A stretch of 46,039 bases of DNA, the filler included, from Catajapyx aquilonaris (taxonomy: Eukaryota), in assembly GCA_000934665.2 (NCBI GenBank). It is 2 parts of 2 records of this genome, joined end to end, with 100 filler letters (N's around TTAATTAATTAA, not from the genome) between each part and the next. Parts side by side here need not be neighbours in the genome. Positions count along the whole stretch, not along the records: positions 23,023 to 46,039 come from JYFJ02005815.1; 1 more part is not named here. One strand, given 5' to 3'. The first letter of the stretch is position 1; every line of letters begins with the position of its first letter. The position numbers were made by a program, and so were the translations under genes. Below are positions 27,801-39,866 of this stretch, piece after piece. The notes beneath the pieces were generated by a model, which made no database searches, had not been told where the DNA came from, and saw only the letters and a list, made by a program, of their open reading frames with translations.

Positions 27801-28859
27801 ATTACCCGCTGCCGTGCAAGGCTCCCGCAGGCGAGTATAAATAGGCCCACCAAAGTCAGTTATGGCTCTAATGAGCCGTGCTTAATGAGATATCTTAAGA
27901 GGGGCTCTTGATGGCCCGGTTCACGGAGAACACACTTGATTTTTTTTTTTTTTTTAGAAAAATCGTGCGCGCAAATCGGGAACAAAACTGCCCACCCCTT
28001 TTTGTTTTGCAGGTTGTATACACGCGTTTCCACTTTGTGTCGGCGCCATGTCAAAATCTGGTTGGGAAAAAAACTAAAGGCGGGTCACATTATGCACGCG
28101 GTGGCATGTTTATCACCGGAATTTTTTGGGGATGGCAACGGGCCCTCCCCATATTTGTGGCGGAATATTATATGTGGCACGCTGGTTTTGCAAAGATGGA
28201 AGCGGGCAGGCGACAGTAGACTACATTTTCTCGCCATTCGAGGGCATCCGGGCGAGAATTCCACTAAGGATGTGCTGCCAGCATGCAAAACTGAATGGAT
28301 GGGCGTAGGTGGAATGCATTTTATAGGCTTCCTGTAGACGTGGCATCAGGAAAACACGCTCGGTGGGGGCTTGAGCCTTGGAGGAGCAGAAAAGAAGAAG
28401 AAAAAAATCGCATCTTTCCACAGCCTCCAAGGAAGGAAGCTGAGGTTTCTTATTAAGCTCGTGTTTCGGAATTCCTATATAAAGCGGAGGCTGGCAAGAT
28501 GTATCCAGCCTTTTCAGAGCTTCAGGTTTTTCTTGAAGCAACACGCCCCCCTTCCCTCCCAAAACCGGCCTGCGTTTAAAGCCTAGGCTTCGTAATTTGG
28601 GAAACAAAAGTTTTCTGGGGACCTGCCTGGGGGATAAGGGCTTGTGCCATGGCCGGATTATTTATGGGGACAACCTAAGATTTCCAGCGTTTACTGCAGA
28701 CTCGCGACTCTGAGCCCCGCGTCACTTGAGCTCCTTCACCTGAGAATAAATGGCGCAGTGTGGCAACAACGGGCCCCGTTTACTCGAGGCCCATGCTAGT
28801 GTCACGATTAATCTTTCTCCTAATAGGCTTATTCTCTCCGTCGGATGTTTATCCGACCT

Positions 28860-28945
28860 GATAGTACCACGATCTCTCGCACGGTGGCAGGAGTGTGCAG
28901 ATGGAGTATATGCCATCTAGGCATGAAGAATAGTACTATGTGGTA
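28860..28945 (+). mobile_element. Repeat family B, right segment
   Basis: ATAGTACCAC..TCTCGCAC.GTGGCAGGAGTGTG..GCCATCTA..GTACTATGTGG with short inverted ends ATAGTAC/GTACTAT. Confidence 0.6.
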
Positions 28946-29143
28946 AATCGGCGGGACATTTAAAGTTGATTGTCACTGTAATGCACTGATTATACGTTTT
29001 GCCAAGGGGTTGACTAAATAGGGGAATAAATCCTGCAGCCATCGGCTGTGTTATTTTTGGCATTCTTTTGTGCTGTTGAAATGTCAGGAGATGACCCTCC
29101 TGTTAAAAGACGCCCTTGACTTCTTTTCTCACCTTCTTTTCAG

Positions 29144-32100
29144 AAGAAGCGGACACGGATCAAGAGACGGATCGACTCCTGGGGCAGCACAGGCCGGACG
29201 ACAAAGGATTCTTCGACGAGAAGGTAACCCGAGGTTTTAAGCATATAATGTGCAGATTTTGTTTTGGGGTGGAATTATTCTAGCATGTGATTCAATTTGT
29301 TTCAAAAAGACCGTCTTCGCTTTGCCGAGTTTGCCGGCATGACTTCTCTCTCAGGGATTGCAAATGGTACCTGACAAAACCACGCGACTCAACCCCACAC
29401 GCGTGCACACCGTCGTAATTAACCCCCGAGTAATTAGCACAGTGTGGTGGGCACCGGACAGGTGCATCACTGTACGGATTATTATTCGAGCCGGACACTT
29501 TTTTTTGTGTTGTTTTTAGTCGTGGGGGGGTCTGTCACAATATTGTTGCACGCATGATTGGACCCTGTGGTTTTTTTTGTCTGCCGCTCAGTTTGACGTT
29601 ATTGGCAGGGTCTGTCGGGACATTTTTAGAGTGTGCACCAATCAGTTGTTGGATTGTTAGCCCCAGCAACAATCCGGTCAGGTGCTGCCGACATTTTTTT
29701 ATTATTATTCAAGCGACGTTGCCTTATAACCCAAGCGAGTGCAGAACAACTGGCGCTGCTGTTTTCTTCTTGCCTTTTTGGCCTTAATTAGGGCAGGTGC
29801 GAGCGCACCCAACTTGGAATTAATTAAGCCTCCCCCCCTCCCCTATGTTAATTAGGCGGGGGGGGGGGGGGTTACGAATTCACCTTCAGAACCCGAGTTA
29901 GCGGGGAGGGGCCGAGTCTGGCAGGCCAACCACCGCCCCTGTGATTACACTCGGAAAAGTTTCTGGTGCCACCCCAGAGAGAGACTGGGGGGTGCCAGCC
30001 GCCAGGACGTCCAATTGACACGATTTTAGGGAATGTGTCCATAAAGTTAGGTTAGACTTTTGGAACAATGTTCCCATTTTATGTGGCCCTCTCTAGCAGC
30101 TTGTTATTAAGCAGTTACTTTCGAATAACTGTTAGGAATCCTGCGAAACTGTTCTCATGTGGGTTGACTCATTATTGCATAACATGGTCCAATTGACCCA
30201 CTGTAGTGCATGCAATTCAGTCCTCTAACTTGAAACTTAATTTAACTTAATTTAACTTAATTTTTAAAACAATATGTATAGGATATTTGTGTTGTTCCCA
30301 GCGCCAAATTATTTCCAGACACAAAATTTGGGACATTAGCCTATATCGAAACCAACTCTTGCGAGTTTGAGGAGGATAATGTAGTGAAATCTGTACGTAC
30401 TGCGGATTTTTTTTCTCTTCAAATTACACTGTTGGGGTGTTTTGAAGGATCAATTAGCCCAGGCGCTGTATATCCTGCAACGAGATTAATAAGGGCTGCA
30501 AATCCCTCGGATTTCCCCGGGATTGTAATGCGCTAATTTGTCTGCTTAATGCCCACACCCCTGCGAAGGTCATTTTCTGGAGGGACTTAATGCCTCCGCA
30601 AGAAAGACAAGTCAACATTTTATATAAAATGTGCATTACCAGAATTGCTTTCCATTCTTAGCCCCCCCTGTAGTAGTTACCCTTCATTTTTAGCCGCTGG
30701 ATTATCACATCCTGAGGGTGGGTTGTCCCGATTAGCTCTGCACACACAGTTTGATTCGCGAGCGTGTGTGTGTCTGTGTCCCGCGAGAGGAAGATTTAGC
30801 TGGTGGGCTAATCCTGGGGGCTCCCATGTTGCTCCCAAATGCAGGGCACGAGCTTTTAAGTTGAGGGCTTGTCAGATGAGAGAGGAGGGGTGGGCTAAGG
30901 CACGTGGATTAATCAGGGGCTGCCTTTTTTTTGTGTGTGTGGAGCGCCAGAATCCGCCATCATGCCTATCATTCTGGCATTTGCAGGGGCTGTTTTTTCT
31001 CATCAGATTTTTTTTTGGAGAAGGAGCCTGGTTGCATTTCGATGCCGGGAGGAGAAACAGATTAGGAAAAAATCCTGGTGTTCGGAAATTACTTCCTGTT
31101 GGGTTTTTTTTTTGCTGCGGATATCGGAAACTCGTGGTCTAGTCGGACACACACACAAAAAAAAGTTTTTTTTATTAGGAAGAAATAAACGGGAAATGTG
31201 CTGGGGTTTAATGGAATTTGAAATTGGGGAATGTGGCAGGCGTGAATATTGTTGTAATTGCGCGGTCCTATGCCGCAACTATGTGCGGTGTGCACAAAAC
31301 GATGCGGAAATAAAAATATCGGGCGATATTGAGAGTTGAAACACACGTGTGTGTATATGCCCATCAGATTAAATTAAACGCATATATGCCACACTGAAAT
31401 TGCTCCAGGTAGTAAAATCCCTACTTACGCGGATGAGGAGGCGTGTTGCCTTCCTAGAAAATTGAGCGATGTTCCGCTCTGCACACAATTAGTGTTTGAG
31501 TTTTTAAGGCGATAAAAAAAAACAACGAATGGTGCACGCGCCCTTTTCCTGTGCGGTGTGCCAACACGTGACCTCCCGATTACGCTGCTTCCTATTTTGA
31601 TATAACAAAAGGTTGGAGGGTCTGGCATGGGAGAGGTGGGGGGGTTTGACTCAGTTGGGCCGTTTAAGCCAGACTCTCTCGATCAATCCTATCCGCAACA
31701 CACCTGTCCCACATGTGGCCTGCATTGTGCTACGTCACCACTATAGCAACCTGGTGTAAGTGTGCAGTTTCCCCTAGTTTCAATATCTTGTCTCTCTCCT
31801 GAAGTTAGTGGCCCTCCTTCACAGGACACACACCCAAAGAGAGAGGGGATAGGACCCGTGTTCAGTTCAGGATCGATCCTGTGAGAAACGAGAGTGAGGA
31901 ATAGAGACGATAAAGTGGAAAGTTAGGATTGGTCGCTGGATACCCCTCGGTGGTTGCCACGACAACCTGACCTCTTTTTTTTCGGGGGAGGGGAAGGACC
32001 ACCCCCACTTTTTTTTTCGTAGCATGCTGACAAATATGGTCCCGTGATGATGGGGTTCAAGGAGAAGTGCCTCCTCGGCTCCTGCTGCCCATTGACCAAT

Positions 32101-35100
32101 TGGGAGTGTAATGCCGTTTGATGTGGACTGTATCTCGCGGATCAAGACGAGGGAATTTATTTTTCGATGTGTAGTTTTTTTTCTCTTTTTTTTGGCCAAA
32201 ATATTAGTTTCGGACCGGAGAGCCCTGTTTGATCCTCAGCTTGAATACAGGGGATACTGTGCCAAATTGGGAGCAATGCATTAGTTGTTTGATCGGAACT
32301 GGAGTTTTTTGCGTTATTCATTAGTCCATTTTCTGGCTTCCCAAATTATTCATAATTAGACCTGTCGTCCATTTAATAAAGGCTGTACGTGTTTAGAATA
32401 TGGGCCAGCATTCAAATTACGTTCTCATCTGGAATTATGTTGAAAAATATTTACTCATTGAAATGTAAAACACATTGTTTTTTTGTGTGGAATAATAATT
32501 GGACAGGTGTTATGCAATAATGTGTCATCCCACAAAAAAATGTCAAAGTTGAGATAAGACCAGGAACGTACTTCGTTCAGTTAAAATCAATCTGGCGAAA
32601 TATGCATACTACTTCCACATAAATGACCGAAAAGGACACGGAATTAATTTTACAGGTGTGACATTCAACGAGTCAATTTTCTCAAAACTGTTCTCATGTG
32701 AGTTGTGTCATTGTTGCATGACATGTGCAATTGAGCAATCAGAGTTTATGCCTGTGACTTTATAGCTGCGTATTTATGTGATCCATTAGTAAGGAAAAAA
32801 ACAAGAAGTTGGCAGTATTCCATTTTGCTTATCAGAAATGGTCCACAGTCTGGGCCTGAAAATTTTAAGAGGCGGCCCATCCTCTCCTCTCCATGGAAAA
32901 TGAAATTCTGAATTACTTACCAGCATGAGACTGGTACTGTGTGCGTCAGAATTGTGGGTGGGTGTGCACAGCTGACTCTCTCTCTCCCTCCCTGTATTTT
33001 GTTGCCTTTTGGAGGGGGGGTGGGACTAGGGAAATTGCAATTTCAAATATCCCCTGAATCGAGTGGAGGGAACAGGTGGCCTGGGAGTAAATGACTCTCG
33101 CCTGGATTTAAAGGATTAGTTCCCACTGTTTAATGCTCGGGCAAAGTTTATCCTCTTAGGCTGCCAAGGGGTGGGAGAGAGAGGGGGGGGGGGGCATAAA
33201 ATTGCTTTATGGTTNTGGGTCATCGCGTAATTGGGAAGAAACTACCTCCCCAGGATTGCAGCTTGTTGTAGGAGCCGCACTCATTTCCGGATCTGTTCGT
33301 CACATATTTTGAGGTCGTTTAATCGATTTAAGCCTCCAGGGGAGCACCAATTTTCTGCTGGAAAATGTTGTGGGTACAATCCTGTCACTGGATGTTACAG
33401 CCGGCGTCTTAGTTAGGAAGAATTATTATCACTCGTGATTAAAATTAACAAGTAATTGTAATCACTTCAAATTGGTCCAACTGTTGCCTTCAGATATTTG
33501 AAGTCGGTCAGCTGCAGTCAATCATGTCAATGAATCTGATATCAGAAGTTAATAACAGTGGCTGCTCCAGAAGTGGCATCAGGAGAGTAATGCCTGAAAT
33601 GAGCAAAATGGCAGATTGTGCAAGGTGTTCAGACTTGTGAGATCCGCTTGTTTTGTTAGTGGCCTGTTGCGGAATTTGCAGTTGTGCCAAATGAGTAGTT
33701 GCAATATAGATAGTAGGATGTGTGTAGTATGTTGCTAATTGAATGTAACAGCTGCAGGTGGATTTGCTCAAGTTGAACACCCTGAAGGAATGTTAAGCAT
33801 TACGTAACCTTCTTCTGTTAATATTTCATGTTGGCACCATCTTTGCAGTACATGGGTGGTGTCCGTTAACTGTTTTTGCCCTTTGTACGTTCTTTTTAGT
33901 TGTGGTCTTGATGGTTTCCCTCCATCAAACTCGTTTAGTAACCAACTAAATTTTTAAAACTGACCTCCTTTTTGGTAGTTGAGTCGCTGCTGTTGAGACG
34001 GGCTCTCTTTTTAAATGTTGGGTGTTTAGCTTATTAGGTGAGAGTTTTTTAGTGACATGTGTGGCGATGGTTGCATCTTTTAAAACCTCTTGACCTCCAG
34101 CTGGGCTTGTCTCCCATGCAGGGCTGGCGAAAACCCAAGTCACGCACAGTGATGCCCAGCAAAAGCAACAATAAACCAACCTCACCCACGGCCAGTTCGC
34201 ATAGTACCAATGCCAAGTCGCCTTCCCCTCCTAAAGAAACAGTCCAGGCTGGAAAAGTGAAAAAGGTTGCCTCCTCATGTCCATTTCCGTTTATTCACAG
34301 TCTTGATTGGCTTCTTTTTTCTCTCTCCCCAAAATTATATTTTTGTCCCTCCCCGTACCATTTCATCTAGATGCCTGTAACAAGTGTCGATCCGCTGTAG
34401 TTACACCGTCCAAACTACTCCCTTTTGCATGAACGTAGCCCCCTAAGGAAAGAAAGGTATCTTCAGTTGCAGTCAGGTTAAACTCTACTGTTTGTATTCA
34501 TGGCTGTGTGATTGTGTTTTTTGGTTACTGCCAGTGGCATCTTGTGTGTTCGTCCTTAGTGCCTGTGTTGAAGCTATATAAACCCGAGTTTAGGCCTGTC
34601 CGATGGCACTAATAGCCCACCTCGCTCTGGTCTTTTCAGGAGAAGGAGCCAGGGAAGAAGAAGAGCAGGAATAAAGAAGGTATGGGGGCTCAGTCAGAGT
34701 CGGATGCTGAATGGGGATGCTACAAAATAATGGTCATTTCTTTTGGAAGGTTTCGAAAATTATGGATTAATATTCTCTTCTCTTTCCATCCCTTTGCCCT
34801 CTTTGTGTCGCTATGACACTCTGGCGTTCTCTTGGGGTGAGTGGCCCCCTGGATCGGTGTGGATACTTGTTATGCGTTGATTTGTGTGTGGTTAATTGGG
34901 ATTGATTGGAAGGTTGTGCATTTTGTGGTAAATGGATAATAGGAATAATGCCGGCATGTTTTATGGGCCAATTATTATTTTCTGCATGGAAAATTAATGC
35001 ATGTCAATATAATTTTGGCAGAATTGTCAAAAAAAGGCTAATCCGATACACATGGCTCATGTTAAGCGTTGACAGTAATCATGACAGTGTAGTGTTGTCG

Positions 35101-36158
35101 TGTGTGTCACAGAGTACACAACGTGACTAATATTGAATCCTTGGCTTTACAGTGATGATTCACGAACCTGCAGTTCTGATCGAGGGCGTGCTGTTCCGGG
35201 CCAGGTACCTTGGCTCGACGCAACTAGTGTGCGAGGGGCAGCCGACCAAGAGCACGAGGATGATGCAGGCGGAGGAGGCCGTCTCTCGAATCAAGGTGAG
35301 CTTAGATTGCTTTGTTCCGCTCCATCCCTGGGAGTCCAGTTTGCTATTTTGGTTGGCATATTTTCTTCAGTTCCCGTCTTCTCTCTCTTCTCTTCTCCTT
35401 TGACATGAAAAAAAATACATCCCCCCGACACTCCCATTGTTATCTGAGCCGCTATTTGTTTCCATCCATTTGTTCGTTACCTTGATTTGTTTATTATTTT
35501 GCCGTTATAACGAGGCTCTTCTGTGCATAATATTATCAACACACACCTCCCATTGCCAACTTCACCACTGGATATGGCATGTTCTTTGTGTTGCTAATGT
35601 TCGATTCAGTCCCATCAGTTTGGATGTGTTTGGATTGGAAATACTTGTGTCCGGGGAAGGGGTGTTAAATTTTTCGACATTAACGAGGGAAAACCAAAGT
35701 TTCTGTGTGAACAAAACCTATGATGAATATAATGCATGGGTGTTGGATGTAACTGAGTGAGTGGCAAGAGTTTTGGCCTGCATTCAGCGCCGTTGCTTGG
35801 TTCAGGACGGCAAGCAGCGGAACTGAAGCAGTGCTGCCAACGCAAGTGCCAACACTCAGGTCTTTCTCTTGGACCAGAAACTTGAATCTTTAAAAAATAA
35901 ATTCTGTAATAAATGTTGGGAAACGGACACACCAAAACTCGGTAGCGCTTTTTATGTTCCTTTTTGTGGGAGAAGCGTGAACTACAACATTTTCCATCCT
36001 CCTCCTCCTCCCCACTTTCCGCCTATTCCGCACCCCCGTTGCACCCTCTCAACGTGTGACGACACCTTGACCTCCTTCCCTCCCTCTTCACCACAACCCG
36101 ATTTGCCCAACAATTTGCAGGCCAACCAAAATGGCAGCCAGAGCTCCCAGGGTTATGC

Positions 36159-36210
<52 letters not shown>

Positions 36211-39200
36211 GATGGTGGTGGTGGTGATGATGAGGATGATGAGGATGATGATGATGATGAGGATGATGATGAGGATGCTGATGCTGGTCTTGATGATCAT
36301 GCTGACGGGAATGATGATGATGAGGATGATGATGAGGATGATGATGAGGATGATGAGGATGACGATGATTTGATGATGGTGGAGGGGGAAAGGACTGGGA
36401 TGGTGGCGTCTGGTGGAAGTGGTTGTGGTGGCGGTGGAGGAGGCGTGGGGGTGGCGGCGGCTTCGAATAAGCCCCACCCCCCGCCCCCCACTGTCGTGGC
36501 ACCCTTGGGATCGGGGACCAGCGGGACTGTCTATCGGCTCAGGTACCTCGGGTCTGTGGAGGTGGAGGAAGAGACCACAGGGAAAAGGAGACGCAAAAGA
36601 CTCAAGAAGGTCATGGTAGAGGAGGCCGTGATGAAAATCAAGGTGCGGCTCTGTTCTGGCTTCTTAGCTGTCCCCCCTTCTCTGCTGTACAAAGTATATT
36701 ACGTTTATGTATATTTGGTATCTCCCACTCCCCTACCTCCACCCAAAACCTTCCAAAAAATACTTGGTGGTATCAGCCCCGTTCCCCCCCCGTCATGCAC
36801 CACATTGTTACCAAAAAAAAAGTATGCATGTAGCTGTATCGACGTCGTCAGTCATGCAATATGTACAACACACAGGCATAGCACAATTGCGTGCACGCCA
36901 ACACAAAAACAAAAGTAGAAACTTTGCAGGGAAGCCTCACAGGGTTCGTGTCCTGTTGCGTCGCTACCTCCCCACACTATCACATCCAAAACGATGCACT
37001 CTTTCTGTACTATGAGCACAGAGGGTGACTACCACTACTACACTGCAGGGATTCAAATGTTTTTTAAAAGCATTACTCGTTTAAAAAAAAGAAGTGACAC
37101 TTGAAACCTTGCATTCGACTGACTTGAAGTGACCAAATCTGTCACGTAAGACTGCCCCCAATTGCCCCCCGACTACAACTTGTTTCCAGTTGTCATGTGC
37201 CAATGATATGCTTTCTTTCTTTGGCATTCTTCCCATTAGGCATTGGTAAGTGTTGTTGACTTAAATAATCCCTTTTTACTTCACCTCTCTGTGTGACGCT
37301 TTCAGTGCACGCTGCATGGTTTACTTTTCTTTAAATTTGATTTATTCGACATAGCCTGTGTTCTTAAATATTTAAAAAAACAACTTGGAGACATCTAGAG
37401 GTAAGATGGGGACAGTTGTGGTTGAAAAAAAAAAAATTTAAATAAGCAGGTTTGAGATGAAAATCTGCATGGCTTTTTAGTCAGTCAGGAATTGCACAAC
37501 GGAATAGTTGTTAAAAATGGTTGCGATTACGGGGATGGGCTGGGAAGCAGATCACCAATGCCAGCAGCAGTTTTTTCCGCTTTTCACCTAGTTGCATCGC
37601 AGCATCACGCTTTATCATTAGGTGTGTGTGCTCACCCACCTTATTTTTAGGCCTCATCTGTCTCAGACAATAACCCATCCGAAACAAACGAAATACCTCT
37701 GCAGGCACCTGAAGGCGAGACTCAGCCGAGTACTGAAGTGGACCTCTTCATCTCCACGGAAAAGATCATGGTCCTGAACACGGATCTTAAAGTAAGGTTT
37801 TACGAGTGTGATGCGTTTATAGTGCTAATACAACTTGCCTTTCCTTTACAGGAGATCATGATGGACCATGCCCTTCGTACTATTTCCTATATAGCAGACA
37901 TTGGTGACCTGGTAGTTTTGATGGCAAGGAGGAGGATCGTCCCCCAGGATGGAGACGAGGGGGTTAAGATCAACCGCACGCCAAAGATGATCTGTCACGT
38001 CTTTGAGAGTGAAGAGGTACGGGTCACTTAACAGAGCACTTCCTATTTGGTAACAGATAAGTTAACATAGTTTGACCTAAATATGGAAAAATGAAAATGA
38101 AAAATGCGGATCATTGGCCTTACGCGTCAACAGCAGGAAAGGTCACAGGTTGTAAGACTTGTGAGCTAAAGCAATGTTTACCACAAAATACTCGTTATCA
38201 ATAATGGGTGCAGGACAGGACTTATCTTCTTCTAAATGACTTTTGCCATTCAATCCAACCAGCCTCATTGCACTCGGACTGTTGACTGGTTTGAGCAGCT
38301 GTTTTATTGCTGCACTGCTGGTTTTTAAAAGTTGAGTGAGTTTAAGGTGACAATGCAGTGAAATTAAGTTGAAGAGGTGAGCATCTTAGTCAAGGTCTTT
38401 ACCACGTATATTTTTGGTGCAAGTTTGAAACAGTTCAGATGAATATGATGCTTGAAACGTTTTCTCAGTTTGACTGAGTGTCGGCTGTAGATAGATCTGG
38501 AGCACTTTTTCAAACGTGGGAAGGTACATTTTTGACCTGTTTGTACCCAGATCCTCTCTGATACTGACAGTAAGCCATATTCATAGGTTGTAAGGAAGTA
38601 AGTGCAATCACTGCCACCTGCAGTTCAATTGAAATGTTTAAGATTGGGCTATTTTGCAGCCAAATTTAAAAGCATGTATTGACTTTTTATTCACAACTTT
38701 GAACCTGTTCTGAAGAGTCTACTGTGGTTCTCTGCAGGCGCAGTTCATTGCTCAATCGATCGGCCAAGCATTCCAAGTGGCCTACATGGAGTTCCTGAAG
38801 GCGAATGGCATCGAGGACCACAGCTTCGTGAAGGAGATGGACTACCAGGAAGTGCTCAATTCCCAGGAGATATTTGGTGACGAGCTTCAGATGTTTGCCA
38901 AAAAGGAGATGCAGAAGGAGGTTGTGGTTCCCAAGGCGAAGGGGGAGATCTTGGGGGTGGTGATAGTGGAGTCGGGTTGGGGCAGCATGCTCCCGACTGT
39001 AGTCATTGCCAACCTGGCACCAGCGGGAGCAGCGGCCAGGTGCGGGCAGCTCAACATTGGGGACCAGATCATTGCCATCAATGGAATCAGCTTGGTGGGG
39101 CTCCCACTCTCAACATGCCAGACCTACATCAAGGTGAGTGGAAATGAGTCTTGCCAGTAATGAAATACTGTAGAGTAATACCTCGATATAACATTCTACA

Positions 39201-39866
39201 AGGGACCGCCCAAAAGTAGCGCTACAAGCGGGATAGCATTATATGCGGGAGTGTTATATCGGGTTTTTTTTGTGTATTTCGTTGTTACGTCAGAAGCTAT
39301 AACTAGTGTGATCCCTTACAGAACACAAAGAACCAGACAGTAGTGAAACTGACTGTAGTGCCATGTCCGCCAGTGGTGGAAGTGAAGATCAAGAGGCCAG
39401 ACACTAAATACCAGCTGGGATTTAGCGTGCAGAACGGTGTGGTAAGGCACTCTTCATGCTGTGGCTAAACTTTCAGTCGGTTCAGACTGTGCTGCAAGTT
39501 GCCTTTACCTTCCAGATCTGCAGCCTGCTAAGAGGAGGTATAGCCGAGAGGGGCGGAGTGAGAGTGGGCCACCGGATCATTGAGATCAACAACCAGAGTG
39601 TGGTCGCAGTGCCTCATGAGAAGATTGTCAACTTATTGGCCACATCAGTTGGAGAGGTCGGAACCTTGTCGCTTCTCAGACCATTACTAAGGGTTTTAAC
39701 TAATCAGGCATTGTTGTGTAGTTATACGTGATCATGGGCAGATGCAAATATTCTACTTATATATCCGCAGTATTCACATTGATTGCTTTTACAGATTCAT
39801 ATGAAGACGATGCCAACCTCCATGTTCAGGCTTCTTACCGGACAAGAGACGCCAGTGTATATATGA
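29144..39866 (+). CDS. lin-10: X11/Mint/lin-10 (APBA family) adaptor: PTB domain + tandem PDZ; 5' coding exon(s) not identified
   Basis: In-frame GT-AG exons: 29144-29223 ([20 protein letters not shown]), 34122-34265 (GWRKPKSRT..), 34640-34679, 35153-35295 ([27 protein letters not shown]), 37705-37791 ([17 protein letters not shown]), 37852-38016 ([27 protein letters not shown]), 38738-39133 ([15 protein letters not shown]1 [11 protein letters not shown]), 39322-39441, 39516-39656 (PDZ2 [21 protein letters not shown]) and 39795-39866, ending [12 protein letters not shown], the typical Mint C-terminal tail. Confidence 0.97.
30140..30200 (+). repeat. Interspersed repeat fragment, second copy at about 32684-32740
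   Basis: AAACTGTTCTCATGTG(G/A)GTTG..TCATT(A/G)TTGCAT(A/G)ACATG..CAATTGA at both positions. Confidence 0.65.
34439..34456 (+). CDS. Candidate 18-nt microexon of X11 (PPKERK)
   Basis: CCCTTTTGCATGAACGTAG|CCCCCTAAGGAAAGAAAG|GTATCT; phase 0/0 and frame-preserving between the ..KVKK and EKEPGKKK exons. Confidence 0.55.
36121..36642 (+). CDS. X11 cassette exon (174 codons): poly-Asp/Glu tract plus a duplicated PTB N-terminal segment
   Basis: Acceptor TTTGCAG| at 36120, donor AAG|GTGCGG at 36643, phase 0/0, open throughout. It ends [40 protein letters not shown], which parallels [14 protein letters not shown]...[10 protein letters not shown] of the preceding exon. Confidence 0.8.
36160..36369 (+). 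repeat. (GAT/GAG)n trinucleotide tract encoding 56 Asp/Glu in 70 codons
   Basis: Direct reading. All interruptions preserve the acidic frame (GAG, GGT, GCT, GAC). Confidence 0.9.
37240..37245 (+). CDS. Candidate 6-nt microexon of X11 (Ala-Leu) inside the PTB domain
   Basis: TGCTTTCTTTCTTTGGCATTCTTCCCATTAG|GCATTG|GTAAGT: long pyrimidine tract, perfect donor, phase 0/0. Confidence 0.75.
39173..39268. mobile_element. Tigger-like MITE copy in an X11 intron
   Basis: CTCGATATAAC..GGACCGCCCAAAAGTAGCG.TA.AAGCGGGATAG shared with 490-574. Confidence 0.7.

Noticed and set aside
36023..36502. Poly-His, poly-Ile and poly-Ser antisense ORFs and the poly-Met ORF 36131-36373
   Set aside because: These are alternative readings of the (GAT)n tract. 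Only the Asp frame has splice sites and continues into PTB-like sequence.
35869..36918. 349-aa ORF as a stand-alone gene
   Set aside because: Its ends are intron-like, and only 36121-36642 is bounded by splice sites in phase with X11.
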